Positions 29,049-37,602 of a stretch of 64,000 bases of DNA are shown one piece after another. Position 1 is the stretch's first letter. Each line of letters opens with the position of its first letter. This stretch comes from an uncultured Solirubrobacterales bacterium. Lineage in GTDB: Bacteria > Actinomycetota > Thermoleophilia > Solirubrobacterales > 70-9. The DNA is taken from NCBI GenBank assembly GCA_963799815.1, contig CAWCYG010000007.1, positions 117,019 through 181,018 of the forward strand. The letters run 5' to 3'. The notes beneath the pieces are model-generated. The model searched no databases, was not told the DNA's origin, and saw only the letters and a program-made list of their open reading frames with translations. Both the position numbers and the translations under genes were made by a program.

Positions 29049-29525
29049 TTGCTCGCTCCCCTCGTTCGCCACGGGGTGGACTTCGTCCTCGTCGGCGGAC
29101 AGGCCGGTACAGCGCATGGTTCGAGCTACCCGAGCTATGACGTCGACATCGCCTACGACCGAGCCCGCGACAACGTCGTCCGTTTGGTGGCGGCGCTGCA
29201 GGAGATCGGCGTGCGGCTGCGGGGAGGACCTCCTGACCTGCCCTTCGTCGTCGACGAGCGAACGATCCACAACGGCGCGAACTTCACGTTCGTCACTCCC
29301 TACGGCGACTTCGACATTCTGGGCGACATAGACGGGATCCGGTCGTACTCGGAGTTGCGAACCGAGGCCCGGATGATCGACCTTGGCGGTCTCAGCATCC
29401 GCGTGGCCTCCCTCGACCATCTGATCGCGATGAAGCGCGGGTCGAATCGCACCAAGGACCGGCTCATGCTCGAGGAGTACATCGTGATCGCCGACGAGCA
29501 GCAGCGTGCGCCAGATCAGGAGTAG
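29049..29525 (+). CDS. Minimal Pol-beta-fold nucleotidyltransferase (start uncertain: TTG 29049 or CTG 29004)
   Basis: It has GVDFVLVGGQAGTAHGSSYPSYDVDIAY (the GG...DxD nucleotidyltransferase motif). The frame is open from 28992 and has no ATG/GTG/TTG before 29049. Confidence 0.65.
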   Translation: MLAPLVRHGVDFVLVGGQAGTAHGSSYPSYDVDIAYDRARDNVVRLVAALQEIGVRLRGGPPDLPFVVDERTIHNGANFTFVTPYGDFDILGDIDGIRSYSELRTEARMIDLGGLSIRVASLDHLIAMKRGSNRTKDRLMLEEYIVIADEQQRAPDQE

Positions 29526-29920
29526 CGCTCGAGCGCAGCCCGCACGGCGTCCGGGATCTCGACCTTCCCTCGCTTCTCGCCCGCGACGAAGACGTGTCGC
29601 AGCTCCCCGTCGGCGACGAGCTCGCCGTCACGCTCGACGGCCATCGCAGTGACCATCGAGGTCTGGCCCAGCTCCGCGACCCTGGTCAGCAGCTCGACCT
29701 GCTCGTCGAAGCGCAGCGGCTTCAGGTAGCGGACTCGAGCCTCCGCGACCACCAGGTCCAAGTCCGACTCGCTCATCGCCTGCTCCCAGCCGCCGAGCGC
29801 GTCGCGCCACAGCTCCGTGATCGCGATGTCGAAGTAGGCCAGGTAGTTCGCGTTGAAGACGATGCCTTGAGGGTCGCACTCGTGGTAACGGACTCTGAGG
29901 GAGTGGCGGAAGGGCGCCAT
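29516..29920 (-). CDS. Acyl-CoA thioesterase, 4HBT/YbgC hotdog family
   Basis: 134 aa. It reads RVRYHECDPQGIVFNANYLAYFD, which carries the catalytic Asp context. Confidence 0.85.
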   Translation of the reverse strand: MAPFRHSLRVRYHECDPQGIVFNANYLAYFDIAITELWRDALGGWEQAMSESDLDLVVAEARVRYLKPLRFDEQVELLTRVAELGQTSMVTAMAVERDGELVADGELRHVFVAGEKRGKVEIPDAVRAALERYS

Positions 29921-29927
29921 CAGGACT

Positions 29928-30976
29928 TCAGAGCTCGTACGCCGCCTTCAGCTCGGGGTCCTTCTCGGCCAGCATCTCGGCGAGGCTGACCATCACCTTG
30001 CACTGTTTCCAGGTCGCATCGTCCTGCATCTTGCCGTCGATCATGTGCACGCCGCGCCCGTCGGGGATCGCCTCGATCACCTTCTTGGCGAACAGGACCT
30101 CGTCGACCGGCGGGCTGAAGACACGCCGGGCGATTTCGATCTGCGCGGGGTGCAGCGACCACGCGCCAACGCAGCCGAGCAGGAAGGCGGCACGGAACTG
30201 GGTCTCGCAACCCTCGGTGTCCCCGATGTCGCCGAAGGGCCCGTAGAACGGGAGGATCCCGGCGGCGGCGCACGCGTCGACCATGCGGGCGATCGAGTAG
30301 TGCCACGGGTCCTGCTGGGCGCTCGCGCGAGCCGCGTCGGGATCGTCGGCGCTGGGATCGTCGATCACCCGGTAGCCGGGGTGCCCGCCGCCGACTCGGG
30401 TTGTCTTCATCCGTCGCGAGGCGGCGAGGTCCGCCGGACCGAAGCTCATCCCCTGCATCCGGGGACTGGCGGTCGCGATCTCCTCGACGTTGGCAACCCC
30501 CAGGGCCGTTTCGAGGATCGCGTGCACGAGGATCGGCCGCTAAGCTTTGCCCGCGCCTCGAGCTGCGCGAGCAGGCGATCGACATAGTGGATGTCCCAAG
30601 CACCCTCGACCTTGGGGACCATGATCACGTCGAGCTGCGCCCCGATCGCGCCGACCAGCTCGGTCAGGTCGTCGAGGATCCACGGGCTCTCCAGCGAGTT
30701 GACCCGCGCCCAGAGCGCGGTGTCGCCGAAATCGGACTCCTGGGCGGCTTTGATCAGGCCCGCCCGCGCAGCCTCCTTCTTGTCGACCGGCACGGCGTCC
30801 TCGAGATTGCCGAGCAGGATGTCGGTCTGCGCGGCGATCGCGGTGGCCTTCGCGACCATCTTCTCGTTCGAGAAGTCGAGAAAGTGGATCATCCGCGAGG
30901 GCCGCAGCGGGATCTCGCTGAGCGGCTCGGGGGCGCCGATGGCGAGGGAATCTCCAAATGAACGCGGGTTTCTCAA
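29928..30976 (-). pseudogene. mcl: L-malyl-CoA/beta-methylmalyl-CoA lyase (Chloroflexus-type Mcl), interrupted by one frameshift
   Basis: The N-terminal half is ORF 30446..30976 (LAIGAPEPLSEIPLRPSR...GNLEDAVP...DVIMVPKVEG...LEARAKLS). The C-terminal half is ORF 29928..30527 in another frame ((RPIL)[18 protein letters not shown]...[10 protein letters not shown]...[11 protein letters not shown]). The junction is at about 30533-30541. A TAG at 30540-30542 lies in the downstream frame. Confidence 0.8.
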
Positions 30977-31058
30977 GTCTGGCTCCTGGGATAGGGTGCG
31001 CGGCGATGGAGGGGCGAGAGCTTAGGCAGCTCGGAGTCGGGCAGATCCTCGAGCGGCA

Positions 31059-31517
31059 GTGAACAGCTCGAGCTTCGAGGTACGCGCAGCGCGGCCGGGG
31101 GAGGAAGAGCGGCTGCTCGCGGGCTACGAATGGCTGTTCGCGCCCCCGGGCCATCAACCCCCGCAGTGGGAGCCGAAGCGTGCGATCGTCGCGCTTCGCT
31201 CGGCGATCGACGAAAACGACGCGGTCTTCCTGATCGCGGAGGAGGCAGATCGGCTCGTCGGCATCTGCAGCGTCTACTTCGACATGCACTCGGTGCGCTA
31301 CGGCCACCGCGCCTGGGTCGAGGACCTCGCGGTGGACCCAGAGCGCCGTTCCGAAGGGATCGGCAAGGCGCTCCTCGACGCGGCCAAGGGCTGGGCGCGC
31401 GAGCGCGGGGCGACCCATCTCGAGCTGGACTCCGCCGAGACCCGCCACGACGCACATCGTTTCTACGAGCGCGAGCGCCCGAGCTGGACCTCGCGCCAGT
31501 TCTCCTGGGAGCTCTAG
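31059..31517 (+). CDS. GNAT-family N-acetyltransferase
   Basis: 152 aa. Acetyl-CoA motif A context is present: VEDLAVDPERRSEGIGKALLDAAKGWARERG. Confidence 0.85.
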   Translation: MNSSSFEVRAARPGEEERLLAGYEWLFAPPGHQPPQWEPKRAIVALRSAIDENDAVFLIAEEADRLVGICSVYFDMHSVRYGHRAWVEDLAVDPERRSEGIGKALLDAAKGWARERGATHLELDSAETRHDAHRFYERERPSWTSRQFSWEL

Positions 31518-31599
31518 CTCGCGTGCGATGGGGATGGGTGCCCGGCTCGCCAGGGCGGCAATTATCCTTGGGCGTCCGCGACACCGGACACGAGGAGCC

Positions 31600-32810
31600 A
31601 TGGCAGTAGCGACCGCCGATCAGGAGAAGACCGACGAGCAGCAGGCGATCACCGAGATGGTGCGCCGGTTCGTCGACAACGAGATCCTGCCGGTCGCCGA
31701 GGAATTCGACCACGAGGACAAGTTCCCCGAGGCGATCGTCGAGCAGATGAAGGAGCTCGGGCTCTTCGGGGTGACGATTCCCGAGGAGTACGGCGGCATG
31801 GGCCTCGATTTGACGACCTACGCGATGATCGTCGAGGAGCTCTCGCGCGGCTGGATCTCGATCTCCGGCGTGATCAACACCCACTTCATCGGCTCTTACC
31901 TGCTGATGAAGTTCGGGACGGACGAGCAGCAGCGAGACGTTCCTGCCGAAGATGGTGACGGGGGAGATCCGCGCCGCCTTCTCGCTCTCGGAGCCCGAGG
32001 TGGGCTCCGACGTCCAGGGCATCAAGTCCACGGCCAAGCGCGTCGACGACGGCGCCTGGGTGCTGAATGGCCAGAAGATGTGGGTCACCAACGGACTCGG
32101 CTCCGGCTCGTGTTCGTGCTCATGAAGTCGGACACGAAGGCCGACCCGCCCTACAAGGGGATGACCTGCTTCATCACCGAGAAGGAGCCGTGGGCGGAGA
32201 AGAACACGGGTGAGTTCGCGGGCCTCGAGATCCCGCCGAAGATCCAGAAGATGGGCTACAAGGGCGTCGAGTCCACCGAGCTCGTCTACAACGGCTACCG
32301 CTGCCCGCCCGAGCGCATCCTCGGCGGCGAGGATGGCCTCGGCCAGGGCTTCAGGCAGATGATGGACGCGCTCGAGGTGGGCCGCGTGAACGTCGCCGCG
32401 CGCGGCGTCGGCGTCGCCCAGCGCGCGCTCGAGCTGGCGCTGCGCTACTCGCAGGAGCGCAAGACGTTCGGGAAGCCGATCGCCCAGCACCAGGCGATCC
32501 AGTTCAAGCTCGCCGAGATGGCGACGAAGGTGGAGGCGGCTCGCCTGCTGACGATGAAGGCGGCGCGGATGAAGGACGCCGGCGAGCGCTCCGACCTGGA
32601 GGCCGGGCATGGCGAAGCTCTTCGCCGCCGAGACCGCGCAAGGAGGTCGTCGAGGAGTGCTTCCGAATCCACGGCGGCTACGGCTACTCGAAGGAGTACG
32701 AGGTCGAGCGCCTTTACCGCGACGCGCCGCTGCTCATCATCGGCGAGGGCACGTCCGAGATCCAGAAGATGGTGATCGGGAAGAAGCTCCTCGAGAGGAA
32801 CAAGATATAG
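31600..32810 (+). pseudogene. Acyl-CoA dehydrogenase with four frame disruptions (candidate methylsuccinyl-CoA dehydrogenase by context only)
   Basis: ATG behind GAGGAG. ACAD sequence runs until ...GTDEQQRD (about 31939). FLPKMVTGEIRAAFSLSEPEVGSDVQGIKS...WVTNG then continues in the +1 frame. It returns at about 32095-32110 (LVFVLMKSD...). It shifts at about 32608 (SDLEAG|MAKLFAAETAQ) and about 32642 (|EVVEECFRIHGGYGY...IGEGTSEIQ...). The stop is at 32808-32810. Confidence 0.8.
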
Positions 32811-33194
32811 AGCCACGACTCGAGCTGATCGAGCAGGCCGATCGCGGGCCTACAGCGCGAAGTTCCCTCGCTCGCGAAGCTGAAGCTCGTGATCGGCTCG
32901 AGCTGCGGGGGCGTGGAGACGTACAGCACTTCCGCGTCGAGGCTCCCGGGCCGAAGATCACCAAGAGCTTTGGCGAGGACGAGCGGCTCGAGGTGGCGAT
33001 CCCGCGCTCGCACTTCAACGAGCTCGCCATCGACGGTAAGGCGAAGCACTGGCGCGAGGCCTACGAGCACGGGCCACATCAAGGTCGAGGGCGACCCGAA
33101 CGTGCAGAAGCTGATCGGCAAGCTCGTCGTGCAGGCGGAGGAACGTGCGCAGCTTCGGAGAGCCCGCGCGTGGGCGACTCCGACGAGGCGCTGA
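32811..33194 (+). pseudogene. SCP2 sterol-carrier-like small gene, fragmented over two frames
   Basis: The pieces are LELIEQADRG / EVPSLAKLKLVIG / LELRGRGDVQHFRVEAPGPKITKSFGEDERLEVAIPRSHFNELAIDGKAKHWREAYEHG / HIKVEGDPNVQKLIGKLV. They alternate between frames and together resemble an SCP2 domain. No clean start codon was found. Confidence 0.4.
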
Positions 33195-33715
33195 TCACCG
33201 ACCAGGCCGGCCGCGAGGCGACCGGCGCTCGCCAGTACGGGCGCTACCTCGAGGAGTTCGAGGTTGGCGCCACCTACAAGCATTGGCCGGCCAAGACCGT
33301 GACCGAGGCGGACGATCACATGTTCTGCCTGATCACGATGAACCATCACCCCCTTCACATCAACGATCACTACGCGGCGCACTCGCAGCAGGGCCGCAAC
33401 GTGGTCGTGGGGCCGCTCGTCTACTCGCTGGCGGTGGGGATGACGGTGGGCGACGTGTCCGGAAAGGCGATCGCGAACCTGGCGACGGAAGAGCTGAGCC
33501 ATCCCAACCCGGTCTTCCATGGCGACACGCTCTTCTGCGAGTCCGAGGTGCTCGAGGTGCGGCCGTCGAAGTCGAAGCCCGACCGGGGCATCGTGAAGGT
33601 TCAAACGCGCGTCCACAAGCAGACGGGCGAGCTCGTCGCGGAGTTCAAGCGCGCCGTGCTGGTCCCGCGCAAGCCGAACGGCGAGACGCCGACCGCCGAG
33701 GCCGACGTCGACTAA
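33170..33715 (+). CDS. MaoC-like (R)-specific enoyl-CoA hydratase/dehydratase, single hotdog
   Basis: GTG at aa 188 of ORF 32609..33715. Diagnostic sequence: FEVGATYKHWPAKTVTEADDHMFCLITMNHHPLHINDHYA...GRNVVVGPL...HGDTLFCESEVLEV. Confidence 0.8.
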   Translation: MGDSDEALITDQAGREATGARQYGRYLEEFEVGATYKHWPAKTVTEADDHMFCLITMNHHPLHINDHYAAHSQQGRNVVVGPLVYSLAVGMTVGDVSGKAIANLATEELSHPNPVFHGDTLFCESEVLEVRPSKSKPDRGIVKVQTRVHKQTGELVAEFKRAVLVPRKPNGETPTAEADVD

Positions 33716-33730
33716 CCATCCGCTCCGTCC

Positions 33731-33759
33731 TTGACGGAGCCGCCGTTGAGGGTTAAATT
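33731..33759 (+). promoter_or_regulatory. Candidate sigma-70-type promoter (TTGACG-17 nt-TAAATT)
   Basis: ttgacg gagccgccgttgagggt taaatt lies about 45 nt upstream of the PAS gene ATG. These are unusually consensus-like hexamers for this GC content. Confidence 0.35.
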
Positions 33760-33801
33760 CGGTGCAGGTGGGCATTGTCCCATCTAGGCAAGGGAGGTCC
33801 C

Positions 33802-34950
33802 ATGGATGGAGAGCAGGAAACACGCGAACGTGAGCCGCTCGCCGGAATGGTTGGTGGCCTTGTGGACGCACACGACGCGGTGTCGGTCAAGGACCGCAGC
33901 GGGCGCTACCTCATGGTCAACGAGCATGCGGCCCTGATCGCCGGGCGGCAACCGGGGGAGATGACCGGGCTGACGGATACCGAGATCTTCGGTGAGCCGG
34001 GAGCCGCCGTGCTCGAGAACGACCTGGTCCTGATGGACCGCAACGAGGCCGAGGCGGTCGAGGAGCCCGTGGTGCTCGACGGCGAGATGCGCACTCTGCT
34101 GACGACACGGACGCCATTGCGGGACGCGTCCGGCGAGGTGATCGGGCTCGTGACCGTCTCGAGCGACGTCGCCGAGCTTAGGCGCCACGAACAGGAGCTG
34201 CGGGAGCGCGAAGCGCTCTTGGTCGAAATTCAGGCGATCGCTCGCGTCGCGAGCTGGGAGTGGAACTGCGGCGAGGACGCGGTCACATGGTCGCCTGAGT
34301 TCTACGAGATGGTCGGCGTGCGACCCGGTGCGATCAAGCCGAAGCTGTCCGGATTCCTGGAGCTGATTCACCCGGACGATCGGCCCGCCGCCCAGCGGGC
34401 GGTCGAACGCGCGCTCGCGGGCGCCGACCACTACGAGGCGGCGCATCGCTTGGTCCGCCCCGACGGGGCGGAGCGAATGCTCCTGTGCCGAGGACGAGTC
34501 ATCCGTGACACCGACGGAACGCCCTTGCGCATGGTCGGGGCGTCGCTTGATTTGACCAGCTACATGTGGATCGCGAACGAGCTGCGCTCCAGCCACGACC
34601 GGCTCGTGGAGGCGGAGCGCGTCGCGCGGTCAGGCAGCTTCGAGTGGGACATCGCCTCGGACCGCGTGCGCTGGTCGGAGGGCATGTACAAGGTCTTCGG
34701 GCTACGCCGCGAGGAGTTCTCGGGGTCGTCCGAGGGCTACTACCAGCTTGTCCACCCGGACGACCGCGCGAGCCAGCGAGAGGGTGTCGCCGAACTCCTC
34801 GAAAGCGGGGAGCAGCGGGCCGCCGTCTACCGGATCCGCCGCGCCGACGGCGCCGTGCGAACGATCCGCTCCGACGTGCACCTGGAGCGAACGCCCTCCG
34901 GGACGCCGCGGCGCCTGATCGGCGTCCTGCGGGACGTCACTGACGAGTAG
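33802..34950 (+). CDS. Triple PAS/PAC sensor protein without recognisable output domain
   Basis: ATG behind GGGAGG. There are three PAS-like repeats. The 2nd and 3rd carry W.W....D.V.WS.E.Y...G and HPDDR motifs. It ends right after the third PAC. Confidence 0.8.
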   Translation: MDGEQETREREPLAGMVGGLVDAHDAVSVKDRSGRYLMVNEHAALIAGRQPGEMTGLTDTEIFGEPGAAVLENDLVLMDRNEAEAVEEPVVLDGEMRTLLTTRTPLRDASGEVIGLVTVSSDVAELRRHEQELREREALLVEIQAIARVASWEWNCGEDAVTWSPEFYEMVGVRPGAIKPKLSGFLELIHPDDRPAAQRAVERALAGADHYEAAHRLVRPDGAERMLLCRGRVIRDTDGTPLRMVGASLDLTSYMWIANELRSSHDRLVEAERVARSGSFEWDIASDRVRWSEGMYKVFGLRREEFSGSSEGYYQLVHPDDRASQREGVAELLESGEQRAAVYRIRRADGAVRTIRSDVHLERTPSGTPRRLIGVLRDVTDE

Positions 34951-34959
34951 TAGCGCTCG

Positions 34960-35529
34960 TCAGTGAGCCTCGTCAGCCGCGTGGGCCGGCGGGCGGGATT
35001 CCTCCGCGAGCGAGGTGAGCTCGAGTACGCCGCGCGAGGCGACCTCGAGGACCTCGGTCGCCTCCATCGAGTCACGGGCGTAGAGCTCGACCAAGAGGTG
35101 GATCACGATCCGCTCCGCTTCGTGCTTGTGGAAGCGCACGTGGGTGAAGAACTCGCGGGTTCCCTGTTCACCGAACGCCGCGTATGTGAGCGCGTCGGCC
35201 GCCTCTGGGCCCGAGCAAGTCTCAACCGTGTCCTGATCGACGTTCACGGTGCAGGACGCAACCCACGGGGTCCCGGCCACCATGCGCTCCCAGCGATCCT
35301 CGATCGGGACGACGCGGCCATCGTCGATGGTCAGGTGGGGCTGATCGTGCATGCAGTCCATGCACTGGACGACGGCCTCCTGGATCTCCTCCAAGCGGTC
35401 GGCCGCCTCGCCCGACTCCGGGTCGAGCTTGAGGATCGCGTCGTAGTGAACCTGCGCCTCGAGGCGCTGGGACCAGCAGCGGTAGCAGCGAAGCCATGCA
35501 GCGCGATCGCCGTTGAGCGACTCGGTCAC
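34960..35529 (-). CDS. Hypothetical protein with CxxC...CxxC (zinc-ribbon-like) N-terminus
   Basis: 189-aa ORF, 47 nt downstream of ecm on the same strand. It has CYRC (aa 15-18) and CMDC (aa 56-59). I recognise no family. Confidence 0.55.
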   Translation of the reverse strand: MTESLNGDRAAWLRCYRCWSQRLEAQVHYDAILKLDPESGEAADRLEEIQEAVVQCMDCMHDQPHLTIDDGRVVPIEDRWERMVAGTPWVASCTVNVDQDTVETCSGPEAADALTYAAFGEQGTREFFTHVRFHKHEAERIVIHLLVELYARDSMEATEVLEVASRGVLELTSLAEESRPPAHAADEAH

Positions 35530-35576
35530 GGGGACTAGCGTAGCTCGCCGCTTGCCAAGACCTGCCGTACCGACGC

Positions 35577-37580
35577 TCAGGCCGGTGAGGCGCTCTCGAC
35601 TCCGTTGCGCTCGGCGACCAGGTCGACGATCTCGGCCATGATCTGGCTCAGGTCGTAGTCCTTCGGCGTGAAGATGGCTGCGACGCCGTCCTCGCGCAGC
35701 TTCTCGGCGTCGGCCCTGGGGATGATGCCCCCGACGACCACCGGGACGTCGGCTCCGTGCTCGCGCAGCAGGCGAACCGTCTCGGGCACGAGCTCTCGGT
35801 GCGAGCCCGAGAGGATCGACAGCCCGACGACGTCGACGTCCTCCTGCACGGCCGACGTCGCGATCTGCTCAGGGGTGAGGCGGATGCCCTGATAGATCAC
35901 CTCCATGCCGACGTCGCGGGCGCGAACGGCGATCTGCTCGGCGCCGTTGGAGTGGCCGTCCAGGCCGGGCTTGCCGACGAGGATTCGTAGCCTGTGCCCG
36001 ATCCGTTCGGAAAGCGCCTCGACGCGCTGACGGGTGGCGGCGAGGGCGTCGCCGTCGGCCTTGGCGGCAGGCGAGCCCGTGACGCCGGTGGGCGCGCGGT
36101 AGTCGCCGAAGACCTCGCGCAGGGTGTGGGCCCACTCGCCGGTGGTCACGCCGGCCTTCGCGGCCTCGATCGTCGCGGGCATGATGTTGGCGTGCGGGTC
36201 GGCCGCAGTCTCGGCCAAGCTCGCGAGCGCCGCCTCCACAGCGTTTGAATCGCGCTCGGCCTTCCACTCCTCGAGCGCGTCGGTGCGCTCGCGCTCGACC
36301 TCGGGGTCGGGAGTCAGGATCCCGCCGTCCGCCCCCGCGGTGAGTGGGGAGTCCTCCGTTTCCGTGAAGCGGTTCTGCCCGACGACGGTCATCTCGCCGG
36401 CCTCGATCCGACGCACACGCTCGCGGTGGGACTCGACAAGGCGCGCCTTCATGTAGGGGACGGCCTCGACGGCGCCCCCCTGATCGGCCACGGCCTCCAT
36501 CTCCTCGCCGGCTCCGGAGACCAACTCAGCGACGAGTCCCTCCATCACCTTCGAACCCTCGAAGATGTCCGGATAACAGAGGATGTCGGTCTCGAACGCG
36601 AGCACCTGCTGGATGCGGAGGCTCCATTGCTGGTCCCACGGCCGCGGTAACCCCAGCGCCTCGTTCCAGGCGGGGAGCTGGATCGCGCGCGCCCGGGCGT
36701 TGCGGCCCATCGTCACCGCCAGCGCCTCGAGGACGATGCGCTGGACGTTGTTCTCCGGCTGCGCCTCGGTGAGGCCCAGTGAGTTGACCTGGACGCCGTA
36801 GCGCAAGCGCAGATACTTCTCGTCGCTGACGCCGTAGCGGTCGCGGCCGATGCCCTCCCACAGCGCGGCCATCGCGCGCAGCTTGGCGTGCTCCTCCACG
36901 AAGCGAACGCCGGCGTTCACGAAGAACGAGATTCGCCCGAAGACCTTTGGGAAGTCCGCGGCGGCCACCTGGCCCCGGGCGTTGACTTCATCGAGGACCG
37001 CGATCGCGGTCGAGAGGGCATACGCGATCTCCTGGACGGGCGTCGCCCCGGCCTCCTGGAGGTGATACGAGCAGATGTTGGTGGGGTTCCAGCTCGGCAT
37101 CTCGTTGACGCTGAAGGCCACGGTGTCTGCGATCAGGCGCATGGAGGGGCCCGGGGGAAAGGCATATGTGCCGCGCGAGAGGTACTCCTTGATGATGTCG
37201 TTCTGGGTCGTCCCCTTGAGCGCGGACGCGTCGATGTCGTTCTCTGATGCAACCGTGGCATAGAGCGCCAGAAGCCACGCGGCCGTGGCGTTGATCGTCA
37301 TTGACGTGTTCATCTCGTCGAGCGGGATGCCGTCCAGGAGGGCGTGCATGTCGCCCTTGTGCACGATCGAGACACCGACCTTGCCGACCTCTCCTCGCGC
37401 CAGCAGGTGATCGGGGTCGTATCCGGTCTGCGTGGGCAGATCGAACGCCACGGAGAGGCCGGTCTGGCCCTTCTCGAGGTTGCGCCTGTAGAGCTCGTTT
37501 GAGCGCCGGGCGTCCGAATGGCCCGCGTACGTGCGCATCACCCAGGGCCGGTCCGGCTCGGGCAGACGGTGCTCCGGCAT
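35577..37580 (-). CDS. ecm: Fused B12-dependent acyl-CoA mutase, ethylmalonyl-CoA mutase (MeaA/Ecm)-like
   Basis: 667 aa. Diagnostic sequence: RTYAGHSDARRSNELYRRNLEKGQTGLSVAFDLPTQTGYD and NTSMTINATAAWLLALY. The C-terminal B12 domain carries DxHxxG (GKPGLDGHSNGAEQIA). Confidence 0.8.
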   Translation of the reverse strand: MPEHRLPEPDRPWVMRTYAGHSDARRSNELYRRNLEKGQTGLSVAFDLPTQTGYDPDHLLARGEVGKVGVSIVHKGDMHALLDGIPLDEMNTSMTINATAAWLLALYATVASENDIDASALKGTTQNDIIKEYLSRGTYAFPPGPSMRLIADTVAFSVNEMPSWNPTNICSYHLQEAGATPVQEIAYALSTAIAVLDEVNARGQVAAADFPKVFGRISFFVNAGVRFVEEHAKLRAMAALWEGIGRDRYGVSDEKYLRLRYGVQVNSLGLTEAQPENNVQRIVLEALAVTMGRNARARAIQLPAWNEALGLPRPWDQQWSLRIQQVLAFETDILCYPDIFEGSKVMEGLVAELVSGAGEEMEAVADQGGAVEAVPYMKARLVESHRERVRRIEAGEMTVVGQNRFTETEDSPLTAGADGGILTPDPEVERERTDALEEWKAERDSNAVEAALASLAETAADPHANIMPATIEAAKAGVTTGEWAHTLREVFGDYRAPTGVTGSPAAKADGDALAATRQRVEALSERIGHRLRILVGKPGLDGHSNGAEQIAVRARDVGMEVIYQGIRLTPEQIATSAVQEDVDVVGLSILSGSHRELVPETVRLLREHGADVPVVVGGIIPRADAEKLREDGVAAIFTPKDYDLSQIMAEIVDLVAERNGVESASPA

Positions 37581-37602
37581 AGATTGATTCTAGGCTTGGA
37601 AA

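Noticed and set aside
30528-30545. Programmed -1 ribosomal frameshift as an explanation for the split mcl gene.
   Set aside because: No X-XXY-YYZ slippery heptamer is present at the junction (…AAGCTTAGCGGCCGATC…). The neighbouring ACAD and SCP2-like genes need seven more shifts in both directions. Indels, whether real or technical, are the simpler explanation.
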